Shown: positions 36,846 through 47,480 of the stretch, one piece after another
Layout: each line of letters begins with the position of its first letter
How positions within the stretch are numbered: position 1 is the stretch's first letter
Virus record (IMG/VR): IMGVR_UViG_3300046543_000437
Coordinates: 258 to 64,257 of that record
Direction: 5' to 3' (one strand)
Length of the DNA stretch: 64,000 nt
DNA from: a virus
Taxonomy: Duplodnaviria > Caudoviricetes
Translations under genes and position numbers: made by a program
The notes under the pieces: model-generated
Told to the model about the DNA's origin: nothing
Seen by the model: only the letters and a program-made list of their open reading frames with translations
Databases searched by the model: none

Positions 36846-37637
36846 CTACAGCACCTGTTCAAATTCAAGGCTGATCTGGCTACGAGTGAAATCGACCCAG
36901 TTTGCCAACGGGCCTTGCGTCGTGAAGCGGGCCAGCATGGCGCTCTGGTTCCAGCGCAAGGTATCGTCAGGCTCTGGGATCACGATAAACGGGACGTAGA
37001 GATCGTAAACCCGCAAAATCTCCAAGTAGAAGTCCGACGCCTCGGCATCGCTCGCGTCAAAGGTGGCTTTTAAAACACGGGGAGACGGGTAGGGGCTGAA
37101 GAACTTCATCCCGCTGGGTGTCTGGCTGAACCCGGTTCGCAGGGTGCGCCCGCGTTGAGCACCTTGCGCCATACCAAACCCAGCCTCGTAGGCGAAGGCG
37201 ATCTCCAGCCGGCCGACATCGAGATAACCTGCCAGATTGGTGGCGTCGGATAGGTCGATACGAAAGGCGCGGATGTTGTAGTTGGTGCCGTTCCAAAAGA
37301 ACCAGTGCGGGTCCGATAGGCGGGCGCCGGGAAACACCGGCACGTTGCCGGTATCGAGCAACGGGGTCGTCGCCATCGCGGCATCGCTCCAGTAGCGCAA
37401 CCTGATGTGGGCGCTTGGGGTAAGATTGATCCCGAACAACCCGATCACGCCAACCTGAACTGCGATCGTCGAGGTGCCGAAGAAATAAGTCGAGGTCGCC
37501 TGGAGGTCGGGTGTACGCGCGACTTGGGCAAGATCATCGGTTTGCAGATTGGAGCGTGGGTATTCAGCGACGTAGTTGCCGCCGCCCAGCGTGAAAGCGT
37601 TCGTCGCAGTCGGGTAGCCAAAAATGGGGTTGGTCAT
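36846..37637 (-). CDS. Minor tail protein
   Basis: Position after the tail-tip gene; RIDLSD..N..GYLDVGRL motif. Confidence 0.7.
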   Translation of the reverse strand: MTNPIFGYPTATNAFTLGGGNYVAEYPRSNLQTDDLAQVARTPDLQATSTYFFGTSTIAVQVGVIGLFGINLTPSAHIRLRYWSDAAMATTPLLDTGNVPVFPGARLSDPHWFFWNGTNYNIRAFRIDLSDATNLAGYLDVGRLEIAFAYEAGFGMAQGAQRGRTLRTGFSQTPSGMKFFSPYPSPRVLKATFDASDAEASDFYLEILRVYDLYVPFIVIPEPDDTLRWNQSAMLARFTTQGPLANWVDFTRSQISLEFEQVL

Positions 37638-39481
37638 GTGATGAACTGCCTCACGATGTCCAATGTCCCGAAATCGAACGGCAGCGCCCGGTCGATACCC
37701 AGCGACAAGACCGTGCCGATCCCCGTCCAACCGACCAGAGTGGCCCCGACCACACCCCAATCCTCGACCGTGCTGGTGTCATCGATTGTGTCGGCCAGGT
37801 CGATGACAATGCTCTCCTTGCCACCCCACGCCTCGATTGTCAGGACGTTCCGCGAAGTGTTGTAGATCATTCCGGTCAAGAGCATCGGCTGACCGGCGTC
37901 GTAACCGTAGGCGGGGATGTACAGCATGACGACATCGCCGATGTCGATCGCGGCGATCACATCAAAATTCAGCGATACCTCAAGCTCAATAAAGTCGCGC
38001 CGCCCCGAATAGAGCGTAAGTTGCCGCTCGCATTCTTCATCCGCCGCCAGCGATTCGGTCAGCAGGCTATCCATGCTCTTCTTGATCGCCAGCGGATTGC
38101 CGACCTTGACCCACGCGGCGTCTCGGACGGTGGTACGAAACTCGCTGCCGACGAAATTCACAAACGTCTGATCGTCAAGCGCCTGACTCGCAAGACCGTT
38201 ACCCGCCTGAACAGTATAGTTCTTTCTGTAGTTGATAGTCTGCTCGTAGGTCGGAACACCTTTATCGGGGTCGTTGGTCGGGATGAACCGCACCGAGATC
38301 ACGCGGATTTCATCAACGGCAAGCTTGCTGCTGGTTATCGGCGCCCGCAGAACGGCAGTCGCGTTTTCAATAAGCGGCAAATTGATTCGCCGCATGCGGA
38401 ACACATCGAGCCGATCGAACCCGCCAGCCGCGCCAATCGATGACAAGATCGCATCAATCGGGGTCTGAATGTTCGACTCGTCGCCGACGTAAATGCCCAC
38501 CGAGTTCTGGTTGAGCGCATCAAGGACGGTAAGATCCTCCATGCTGATCTCGGAGGGATTGAGGCCGCCTTTGCTCGTGAGGATGCGGAAAGCAACCTGA
38601 CCAGCCGACCAATCAGCAGCGGTCGCGCCCTCGATCGCATCGAAGGTGATGGTCCCTTTCGGCGTAGCTCCAAGCCGAAAATAGCTGCCTTCGCTGCCGA
38701 TATATGAGCGGAAATAACCCGGCGTCGGGATTTGCGCGTCATCCTGCAAAGCAGCGAGCGAGCTATATGACGGACCCGGCGTCAGCAACTCGCCCGCATC
38801 GTAAACTTGCACCAGCGTCGAGATTTGGTTTTCCGCGACCTGATAGATGTCCTTGTAGGCGTTTACGTTGGTCGCGGTGACGTTATAGACCTTGCCCCAC
38901 ATCAAAGGGACCGGCTTAGATTTCAAATCGTCGCCGCCTTCGACGCCGTCAGGGGCAACATTGTTGCCCAGATAACGATGGTTCTGAATCGGTAACGAGA
39001 AATCCAGCAGCCGATCGCGGAAGCGCAGCGTGACCGTGTCGGTCGTGGTGTTCTGACCGACGACGAGATCGAACAGAACCTGTTCGACGCGGCCCGAAGC
39101 CAGCGGAATAAACCCTGTGTAATTGTCGGTTGTGTGGCCGATTAGAATCCTGATCGATTGGCCGCCGATCCCATAGTCGCGCAACCCATCAAGTGCCCGG
39201 TCGTTATTCGCCAGGACAACATCTCCCGGCGTCACCGTGTTTGTGCCAGAAGTCGCGCCTGGAGCCAGCAAGAAGCGGCCAAAGTCTGGCGGGGTCATCA
39301 CCCGGCCCTGGTAATATCCCGGTGCGTCAGGAGCGTTAAAGCCCTGTGTGGCGTATCGTAAACGCTCGATCGCCTGGGTCGTGAAATTATACGCATCGAC
39401 CTCGATCAAATAAACAATCTGACCGCGCGAGCCGGTGATCGACCTCGCTTCTCGAAATGCCCGATCGGAGACAGTTTGCAT
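37634..39481 (-). CDS. Tail tip/hub protein
   Basis: Follows the tape measure; KPVPLMWGKVYNV, IDIGDVV. Confidence 0.75.
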   Translation of the reverse strand: MQTVSDRAFREARSITGSRGQIVYLIEVDAYNFTTQAIERLRYATQGFNAPDAPGYYQGRVMTPPDFGRFLLAPGATSGTNTVTPGDVVLANNDRALDGLRDYGIGGQSIRILIGHTTDNYTGFIPLASGRVEQVLFDLVVGQNTTTDTVTLRFRDRLLDFSLPIQNHRYLGNNVAPDGVEGGDDLKSKPVPLMWGKVYNVTATNVNAYKDIYQVAENQISTLVQVYDAGELLTPGPSYSSLAALQDDAQIPTPGYFRSYIGSEGSYFRLGATPKGTITFDAIEGATAADWSAGQVAFRILTSKGGLNPSEISMEDLTVLDALNQNSVGIYVGDESNIQTPIDAILSSIGAAGGFDRLDVFRMRRINLPLIENATAVLRAPITSSKLAVDEIRVISVRFIPTNDPDKGVPTYEQTINYRKNYTVQAGNGLASQALDDQTFVNFVGSEFRTTVRDAAWVKVGNPLAIKKSMDSLLTESLAADEECERQLTLYSGRRDFIELEVSLNFDVIAAIDIGDVVMLYIPAYGYDAGQPMLLTGMIYNTSRNVLTIEAWGGKESIVIDLADTIDDTSTVEDWGVVGATLVGWTGIGTVLSLGIDRALPFDFGTLDIVRQFIT

Positions 39482-42400
39482 TATCCAAATGCCTGACGAC
39501 GAAGCGTGTTTTGGATGTTGTTCATCGCGTCCAACTGCGCGCCAGAAGCTCCAGCCATCCACTCATCGAACTGGATCGTCACCTCCGTCAGAAGATTGAT
39601 GTATTCACGAGTAAGATGAAGCTCACCATAAAGATTATTCATCCACCCGATCATGTTATTTAGGATTTCTTGCAGCTTGTTATAAAGGTTCTGGTTCCAC
39701 GATACGTCGTTGTTGTTGGCTCCATTAACAGCGTTATAGACATTATTTAACCATCCCGCGAGATTCTGATTAGTCGAATCAACCGAGGCTCTGGTGGCGT
39801 TTTCGTAAGCCGTCACCGACCCGATAACACTACTCGCCGACCCATAGACCGCGCCGACGATGACATTCGCATCGCTCGCCGCGCTGCCGATGATCGAATT
39901 CGCCGACGCCCAAATTGTCGCCACCTCCCAATTGGCGTTGTTCCAGGCCGACCCGTTGATCGAATCCGCCGAAGCAAAGACCGCCTGAACGATCCCATTG
40001 GAGCTGCCCGCCGAAACGCCATACAAGCCGCTGAGCCAAGTGCTCAGCGTGCCGTTGATCGCGTTGTCCCACGCCACCTGGCTCTGGATGATCGCGTTCG
40101 ACCAGTTCGCTATCGTGGCGATCTGGTTGTTGTTCTGATCGTTCAGGAAGCCGCCCAGCCAGTTGACCGCGGCATTGATCGTGTTGATCTCGGCCTGGGT
40201 CCACGCCGCGATCTGATTGTAAATATTAGCCGCCCACGCTGCGTTGGTCGGCACCAGCCAGTTGAAGCCGCTATTGATCGTGCCCACGATCCAGCTTGCG
40301 GCCGCTGCGACCGTATCTGAGGTCGTCTGCGCCGCCGACAGTTGCTGGTCCGCTTTCGCGGCCAAATTGGCGGTGTTCGCGTTTGCTGTCGCCTGCGCGG
40401 CATTGCCGGTAGCGACTGTCTGGTTCAGCAAGGCATCCGACTTCGCCGCCGTCGTATTGACGATCCCCGCCGCCGCAGCGTTGTAGGTCGCGATGCTCTG
40501 CTGCGTGCCAAGATCAGCCTGTGCGACGATCGCTTGAGTATTGGAGGTCGCCGAGGCGACAGCGTGATCGCTCGTCGACTGAGCCGTGGCGGTCAGAATC
40601 GCCGTGTGGTTCTCATTGGCCGCCATCAACGAGTTGGTCGTGTCGGTCGTGCGCTGGGTAATGGTCGCCGCGTCGGCCGTGTTGCCGTCCATGATCGCCT
40701 TCGCGTTCGCCGCGCTGGCGGTTTGCAGCGCCGCCGCGTTCGCCACGTTATTGTTGATCGTGGCGATCGCATTGTTGCTGTTCGCGGAGATAAGGCTCGC
40801 CGAATTGGCAACGTTGTTGTCGAGGACCGCCTGCGTCCCGGCGGCAAGGTCCGAGCCGGTGCTGATCACCGCCGCCGTGGTGACGCCCGTCGCATCGACG
40901 ATCGTGCCGGTGCCGGTCATCAAGGTCGCCGTCTGGGCGACGAACTGCGTGGCCGTGCCACCGACGATCGTTGCCGCGCCGTTCAGCGTGGCATTGGTCA
41001 TGTCGACGCTGGTCGATATCGTCGTCGCCACGATGTTGTCGTTGGCCGACTTGGCGGCGCTGATCACGCCCTGCGTCGTCGAGATCGCGTTGTCGGTGAT
41101 CTGCTTGGCCGCGTCGATCCCGGCATTGATCAGCGACAGCGAATTGGCATTGCTGACATTGGTCGTCGTCGCCGTGTCATCGGTGATCGCGTTGACCACA
41201 TCGGTCGTGGTCTTGTCCTGCGTCTGCGTGAGGCCCGTCCCGAGCAGCGCGGTCAACTGATCCTGCACCTGTTTAAAGATCGCCTGCCCCGGCGCGCTCG
41301 ATGCGTAATAGTCGCTGACGTTTGTCAGCAAGGTCTGCGCTGCCGTGGTGATCTGAGACAAAGCAGTTTCGTCGCCGCCCTGTGCCGCAGCCAGCGTCGT
41401 ATTGTACTGCGACTGCGCCGCATCAAGTCGGCTCTTGCCCGAGGTGAACACGCTCGATTGGGTCTGAAGCTGGTTGAGGTACGCTTGGATATTCGCCTGA
41501 TCCTGCAACACCTTCGCTGCGCGCGCCGAGGCGTCCGCACCGTCATTCGTCGCCTTGACAGCCGCCTCGGCCTCGTCGACCCACGCCGCGAAAGCCGGGT
41601 TCAGTTGGGCTAGGACAGCACGGGCCGATTCCATCTGATCGTTAGTCAGCGCCATCAAAATATTCAGCGCCGCGCGATGCTCGGTTTCCTGCACCTGAGC
41701 ATCCTGATCGGGGCCAAGACCAAGCGACTTGTTGGTCGCTTGGGTGGCGATCCGCGCCTTGTCCAGATCGCGAAGCTGCGCCAGAAATCCTTGGTTGGCC
41801 GCCGTGTAAGAGTCCTGTTGATTTTGATAAATCTGGGCTTGCTGGTTCTGGGCAGCGATCAATGCCTCGGACGCCAGAGCCGCATCCCGCGCCGAAGCGG
41901 CCAGCGCCGGAAGGTCATTACCAAGATCACCAAACGCAGCAATGACCGCATTAAGCTGCGTGCTGTTTAGTTGAGCAAACATCGTCTTCAAAGAAGCGTC
42001 AAATGTCTGACCCAATTTGTCGAAAACAGTAGTGCTGGCACCGATCGCCGACGCTTCGCGAGCCATCGATGCATAGTTATCGACGAGAGACTGAACACCG
42101 TTCAGGAAGTCATTTCCGGTCGCGGTGTTGTACGCCGCGTCAACCGCCTTGGCGAAATCGACATTGATCCGCTTCGTCGCCTCCGCCAACGCCGCGTTGA
42201 TCGGGTCGATCGACAGCCCGTATTGCTGGGCCTGCGTGGTCAACTGAGCGAACGTATCGGTGATCTGCGACATCGCTTGTTCAAACGGCCCCGCCTGCTG
42301 GGCTCCACTCTCGATGCTTTGGAAGGCAGAGTCGGCAGCGGTTACGATGGTGTCGTAAATCTTCGAGAAATTTACAGCGGTCGTCAGTTGGGTCGTGTCT

Positions 42401-45400
42401 TGGATTTGGTTGATGTCGAGCGACCCGACAGCTTTTTGCAACGTCGGGCTCAAGGCGGATAGGTCACGATGCTCGAAAAGGAACTGAGCGACTTCTTGAA
42501 CGACCGCACCCGCGTCCGAGCCGGTGAAACTTTTGACCCCTTCGCCCGACGCGATGTTCACCTTGATGCCATCCCGCGACCCGGCCTGCGCGATCAACGT
42601 CGCCTGGGGCAGGACCGACGCACCAAGAATCTGGGTGATGTTAGCCAACGTCGTCGAAATCGGCTGAAGGATGCCCTGCGCCGCCTGATCGTTGGCGGCC
42701 ACACCGCCGCTGGTGAACGCGCCCAATTGGCCGGTCGCCAGATTGAGCGAGCCGCTCCCGGCGTTGTTGGCGGGCTTGGGGCCAAAAAAGCCACCGAGTA
42801 AGCCGCCCGCCGAGCCGCCGATAAGACCGCCGAGAAAAGGCATGCCGATAAGCGAGCCCAAGAGTGTGCCGGCGATAGCGCCGCCGGTCGAGCCGATCAT
42901 GCCGCCGGTCGATTTTCCACCACCGATCATCGGCCCGATGAACATGTTGGCGAGCGACCCCACGGTCGCGCCGGCACCGATACCACCAAGCGCACTTGTC
43001 AGCGTGGTGCCGCCAAACAGACCAGACGCAACACCCCCGCCAGCAACATCCGACGTGACGCCCGCCGCGTTTGAAAAGATACCGGCACCGGCACCAGTGC
43101 CTTGGGTCAAACCAGTGGGCGCAAAGCCAAGCGAAGTGCCGACATTATTATTCAGGAAATTGCCCAGCCCGCCGAATATCCCGCCGCTGCCGCCGCCGCC
43201 AAAAAGGCCCGACCCGGTATTTGCCAGCGAGCCGACGCTCGAAACGGTACTGAGCGTACCAGTGAGATTGCCCTCTTTGTCTCTTTGCTCCAGGGTTATC
43301 GGAGCGCCAGTGGCACCGCTAGTACCTTGGCCCCCACCACCAAGGCTACCTCCGAAGATACCGCTCAACAAACTCGCGCCGCCGCCACCGCCAAACGTCC
43401 CGAAATTCGACGCCGCGCCGCCAAAGTTCAGCATCCCCAGTAGCGACCCGATGGCGGGCTTGATGACCGACATCGAAATAAGCTGCGACTCAAGCTGCAC
43501 CAAGGCATCCTTGAAGATCGTGTGCCACGCAGTGATCTTCTTTCCGCTGAGTGCGTTCGAGACGTTCTGGGTTATCGCTTGGTCGATGGTCTGACCAACA
43601 CCCACCAATACGTCGTTGAGCCGTTGCGCGCTGCGCTGTTGTTCGGCAAGAGCAATGTTCGCCTCTTGCAACGAATCGACGTTCTTAAGTAAAGCTTGGG
43701 ACTCCGCGCTGTTTAAATCCTTGCCCTTGCTCAAGAGGAACTGCTTCGTCTGCAACAAGGCGACTTGGCGCTGGATTTCTTCAGTGGTCTGGAAAGCGTA
43801 CTGAGCCTCGACCTTGTCGATATCAATCTGATCCTTGTTCGCGTTGATCTGTTTTGCTATTTCCACTGAAGTCTGCGCCGCGTCATTCTTCTTGATGAGC
43901 GCCAGCGTCACCGCCTCAAGGTTCTTTGCTTCCGCGATATACGCCGCATTGCCGGTCGCTTCAGCCTTGGCGACCACATCGTGCGTAGCACTCGTCGCCT
44001 GGTTCTGAAGCTCCATGTCATGCTGAGCCGCTGCGCCACCTTTTGTGGCTTCAGCCAGACGCTCAGTTTCCTTGGTTTGTAGCTGAAGACCTGGGATCGC
44101 CTTGGCGCTGGCGGTCAGCGCCTCGGTAGCTTGCTGGTTCAGAATCCGTTGGGTCTGTTGCGCGACATCGCCGCCGTGTTCCATAACATCGACACGGGCC
44201 TGTTCCGCCGCCGCCGCTTTAATGCCAGCCTGCTCACTATCTAGATAAGCATTTGCAACACCTTCCGCCCCCTTGATAGCAAGGTCAGCCTTCTGGTTGG
44301 CAGTATCTTGTGCGACCCCCTGCTCTTTTAGCGAATTATTGTAACGATTAACTCCAGCAATTTCTGCCAACTTCTCATTTTTACTGGTGGCGAGTTCTTG
44401 ATTATATGCAGCGTAAGCCTCAGTTCTCGCCCTGGCGATTGGGCCGCTCAGTGTTTCATTGACCGTAACACTCTGGCCGAGCAATCTATTCTGCTCAGCC
44501 AAAGCAGCGTCAAGAGCCGCGACGGCTTTCGGATCTTGGCTAACAAACGGCCCACCACCCCCACCAGCGACACTGCCACTTAGATTGGCAGCAAGGCCAG
44601 TAACTGTCGGTGCGCCCCTAAACCCGATATGACCAATATCGGGTGGCGAGGTCGCGCTGATCGGCCCACCGTTTGCCCCGAACAGCGCGCCGTTTTCCAT
44701 GAACGGCAGCAATGCCGGATATTTCTGCCCAATGAACGCTGCGGCGTTTTGAAACGTCTGCCCGTAAAGACCGCCAGGTGTCGTATCGGGTCCGACATTC
44801 GGGTATTCCTGCCCGGTCGTCGTATTGATGATTTTGTAGTCGAACGCCCCGCCAGCAGCCGGGTTGTGTGCCGTATTCGCGCCGACCGAAGAATTTGATT
44901 TAGTACGACCGATGCTGGTGATGACGATCCCGTAACCGGGGGGAAGCTGAGTGACCACATTCTGCATCGTGTCGATATAAGCCGGGGCATTAGGTGTCAT
45001 AACCACACCCGGCCTGACCGTAGCTCTGTTCCCGCTGAGCAGCGTCCCGTAATCACCGCCGTAGGTTGGCGTCGTCGTTCCGAAGCCGGGTGCCGGGGCA
45101 CCACTGCTAGCTACATTGCCTGTGGCTAAGGGCGCACCTTCTATCGATAGCCCATGCTTTTCCATAAACTTAGCACTGAAAATCGCACCCTTCTCTATCA
45201 GGTTGGTCAGATCAACCGCCAACTGCGTCAGATTTTCTTGCGCCAGTTTAAAGGCACTACCTTTGGAAAGAGCGTCCAGAAGTCCGTTCCACGCACTGCG
45301 AAACTTCTCGGCTGCCTTAGTCGAATCGTCAGTATTGCCGGCAAGAGCTTTGGCCTGATCTCTGATGTCCCTAAAGGCGCGATTCATCGCTTCAGCGCCC

Positions 45401-47457
45401 TTGCCCTCCTGGGCCATAGTTATCAAGTTTCCCGCTTCCGCCTTGTCGATCGCGTGAATGCTGAAGGCAAAATCAACCATCGTCTGGATGCTGCCATCCA
45501 TAGCAGCTTGAAAATCTTTGATGCCTTGCGTCACATCGACGTTGCGAATCCTGGCAGTGGCAATCGCGACCTCAGTGATCTCTTTGGCATAATCGGGATT
45601 AATCTTTGTATTGCGAGCAAGATCGGAGACAAACTTATTGGCATCCGCCGCCGCTACACCGACGTTTCGCAGCGCCAACGCGGCGTCTTCCATCCCTTTG
45701 ATGGTCGTGCTTGAATTGTCACCGACCGTGCCGAGCGCGTTATTGAACTCCTTGATCGCTGCCGTATTGGAAATGGCCCGCGCAAGAATGACCGCGAACC
45801 CGACCGCAAGCGCCGCCAGCGCCGTCACCGCGAGGGTGGTCGGCGTGATCATCCCCACGATGGCGTCCTTCACGCCCCTTAAGACCGGCCCGACACCGCC
45901 GCCTTGGGCGAAGGCTTGGATGACCTGCCCACCTTGCTGAACAAGGATCGTGAACGGGCTTTGACCACTTAGCAAACCAGAGGCGATATCGTTAAGCTGA
46001 AACCCCATGTTGGTGACTGCGGCATTAAGCTGCCCAGTTGTCTGGGTCGCCTTACCCGTTTGATTGCTAGAGTGATCTAGGTTGCTGCTGAGACTTTTAA
46101 GTGCAGAATCGTATCGCTGGGTCTCTGTTGTCAGCGCCCCTTGAAGCTCTGCTTGAGTTTTAATTGCCCCTACATTGTAAGCTTTGTTTATCGCCGCTAC
46201 TTCCTTCTCATGCTCCTTTTCCATTGCGACCAGCGGCACATATTTGAGCCGCAGCCGATCAACCTCATCGGCAAAGGCTTTGATCTGAGCGTCCTGGTCT
46301 TGCGGCATCGCCAGGCCGCGCTGGGCTTCCTTGGCCGCATTGATCGACTCGATGGCGCGAGCGAACGAAGCCTGTATCTTGTCGACTTCTGCGCGCCACT
46401 GATCCGCGCTGACGGCGTTCAGCATGAACGCTGAACCGATCTCCTTCAGCGCCGCGAGTTGCTGTTGCTCGGCGGCGTAGACCGGGTCGAACTTGGTCTT
46501 CAGCCGGTCAACCTCATCATTAAACGCCTTGATGTGATTGACGGCTTCCTGCGGGAAAATCTTGTCTGCCGTCGTGGTTGGGGTAGCCTGACCAGACGCC
46601 TTGTCTCGCGCCGCGGCCGCTTCCTGTAACGCCTTGTTGGCTTGCTCCTGGTCAAGCCGTCCAGCCGAAACCAGCATATTGACTTCAGACTGAACCTTGG
46701 CGAACCGCGCCGCGGCCGTTCCCACCTTGTCGTAAAGCGGAACAAGCTCCTCGATCTTCTTGTTGTAGGCAAGAACCTGGGCGTCCATGCCGGTGGTGAA
46801 CGCCGCCTTGGCATCGTTCGCCGCGCTCTGCAAGGCGACGACCTGTTTCTCGTAGGCAAGGGTCGTCTGCGCGACTGCGGTCGCGTGTTCAGTCTGGCTT
46901 ATCGCCCCTAGGCGAAGCGCGCTATCGACCTCCTTCATCGTGGTGGCGAATTCAGCCGCTGCCACAGTCAACGGAGAATATTTCGCCCTCAGTCGATCGA
47001 TCTCTGCCGCATAAGCCGTGATGTGGCCGACCGCCGCCTCGACAGCTCCACTGTATTCCTGGGTGGCTGTGGTAGTTTTATCGAGTGCAGCGATAGTCTG
47101 CTGCATCTTCGCCGTCACCAGTTCCAGCGCCTTCGCCCTCGCCTCTTCAGTCCCGGTCCCCTCCTCGGACATTCTGGAAAGTTGCTGAACGCGATTTGCA
47201 TAGGCGAAGGCAGCAGCGGACGCCTTGTCATGTGCCGTGATGACTTTCGTCAATTCAGTAGTCGTAGTCCGCGTAGCCTTGGTTATCTTCTCGTTGCTGA
47301 CGCTTACGCCTTCAGCGGCATCCGCCACCTTTTTTGAAGACTTGGCGACCTTCTCCTGGGTCGCATCAAGCAGACGCAGCGCGATATCGGTGTCAGAGAG
47401 CTTATCAGCCCCCTCCACCAACAGCTTGACGATAAGGGTATCGACAAGACTAGCCAC
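39481..47457 (-). CDS. Tail tape measure protein (2658 aa)
   Basis: Lambda-type TMP motif FQLNDIASGLLSGQSPFTILVQQGGQ; Ala-rich coiled coil; W/N periodic C-terminus. Confidence 0.95.
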   Translation of the reverse strand: MASLVDTLIVKLLVEGADKLSDTDIALRLLDATQEKVAKSSKKVADAAEGVSVSNEKITKATRTTTTELTKVITAHDKASAAAFAYANRVQQLSRMSEEGTGTEEARAKALELVTAKMQQTIAALDKTTTATQEYSGAVEAAVGHITAYAAEIDRLRAKYSPLTVAAAEFATTMKEVDSALRLGAISQTEHATAVAQTTLAYEKQVVALQSAANDAKAAFTTGMDAQVLAYNKKIEELVPLYDKVGTAAARFAKVQSEVNMLVSAGRLDQEQANKALQEAAAARDKASGQATPTTTADKIFPQEAVNHIKAFNDEVDRLKTKFDPVYAAEQQQLAALKEIGSAFMLNAVSADQWRAEVDKIQASFARAIESINAAKEAQRGLAMPQDQDAQIKAFADEVDRLRLKYVPLVAMEKEHEKEVAAINKAYNVGAIKTQAELQGALTTETQRYDSALKSLSSNLDHSSNQTGKATQTTGQLNAAVTNMGFQLNDIASGLLSGQSPFTILVQQGGQVIQAFAQGGGVGPVLRGVKDAIVGMITPTTLAVTALAALAVGFAVILARAISNTAAIKEFNNALGTVGDNSSTTIKGMEDAALALRNVGVAAADANKFVSDLARNTKINPDYAKEITEVAIATARIRNVDVTQGIKDFQAAMDGSIQTMVDFAFSIHAIDKAEAGNLITMAQEGKGAEAMNRAFRDIRDQAKALAGNTDDSTKAAEKFRSAWNGLLDALSKGSAFKLAQENLTQLAVDLTNLIEKGAIFSAKFMEKHGLSIEGAPLATGNVASSGAPAPGFGTTTPTYGGDYGTLLSGNRATVRPGVVMTPNAPAYIDTMQNVVTQLPPGYGIVITSIGRTKSNSSVGANTAHNPAAGGAFDYKIINTTTGQEYPNVGPDTTPGGLYGQTFQNAAAFIGQKYPALLPFMENGALFGANGGPISATSPPDIGHIGFRGAPTVTGLAANLSGSVAGGGGGPFVSQDPKAVAALDAALAEQNRLLGQSVTVNETLSGPIARARTEAYAAYNQELATSKNEKLAEIAGVNRYNNSLKEQGVAQDTANQKADLAIKGAEGVANAYLDSEQAGIKAAAAEQARVDVMEHGGDVAQQTQRILNQQATEALTASAKAIPGLQLQTKETERLAEATKGGAAAQHDMELQNQATSATHDVVAKAEATGNAAYIAEAKNLEAVTLALIKKNDAAQTSVEIAKQINANKDQIDIDKVEAQYAFQTTEEIQRQVALLQTKQFLLSKGKDLNSAESQALLKNVDSLQEANIALAEQQRSAQRLNDVLVGVGQTIDQAITQNVSNALSGKKITAWHTIFKDALVQLESQLISMSVIKPAIGSLLGMLNFGGAASNFGTFGGGGGASLLSGIFGGSLGGGGQGTSGATGAPITLEQRDKEGNLTGTLSTVSSVGSLANTGSGLFGGGGSGGIFGGLGNFLNNNVGTSLGFAPTGLTQGTGAGAGIFSNAAGVTSDVAGGGVASGLFGGTTLTSALGGIGAGATVGSLANMFIGPMIGGGKSTGGMIGSTGGAIAGTLLGSLIGMPFLGGLIGGSAGGLLGGFFGPKPANNAGSGSLNLATGQLGAFTSGGVAANDQAAQGILQPISTTLANITQILGASVLPQATLIAQAGSRDGIKVNIASGEGVKSFTGSDAGAVVQEVAQFLFEHRDLSALSPTLQKAVGSLDINQIQDTTQLTTAVNFSKIYDTIVTAADSAFQSIESGAQQAGPFEQAMSQITDTFAQLTTQAQQYGLSIDPINAALAEATKRINVDFAKAVDAAYNTATGNDFLNGVQSLVDNYASMAREASAIGASTTVFDKLGQTFDASLKTMFAQLNSTQLNAVIAAFGDLGNDLPALAASARDAALASEALIAAQNQQAQIYQNQQDSYTAANQGFLAQLRDLDKARIATQATNKSLGLGPDQDAQVQETEHRAALNILMALTNDQMESARAVLAQLNPAFAAWVDEAEAAVKATNDGADASARAAKVLQDQANIQAYLNQLQTQSSVFTSGKSRLDAAQSQYNTTLAAAQGGDETALSQITTAAQTLLTNVSDYYASSAPGQAIFKQVQDQLTALLGTGLTQTQDKTTTDVVNAITDDTATTTNVSNANSLSLINAGIDAAKQITDNAISTTQGVISAAKSANDNIVATTISTSVDMTNATLNGAATIVGGTATQFVAQTATLMTGTGTIVDATGVTTAAVISTGSDLAAGTQAVLDNNVANSASLISANSNNAIATINNNVANAAALQTASAANAKAIMDGNTADAATITQRTTDTTNSLMAANENHTAILTATAQSTSDHAVASATSNTQAIVAQADLGTQQSIATYNAAAAGIVNTTAAKSDALLNQTVATGNAAQATANANTANLAAKADQQLSAAQTTSDTVAAAASWIVGTINSGFNWLVPTNAAWAANIYNQIAAWTQAEINTINAAVNWLGGFLNDQNNNQIATIANWSNAIIQSQVAWDNAINGTLSTWLSGLYGVSAGSSNGIVQAVFASADSINGSAWNNANWEVATIWASANSIIGSAASDANVIVGAVYGSASSVIGSVTAYENATRASVDSTNQNLAGWLNNVYNAVNGANNNDVSWNQNLYNKLQEILNNMIGWMNNLYGELHLTREYINLLTEVTIQFDEWMAGASGAQLDAMNNIQNTLRRQAFG

Positions 47458-47480
47458 GGTTCACTTCCACCTCGTTTTGA

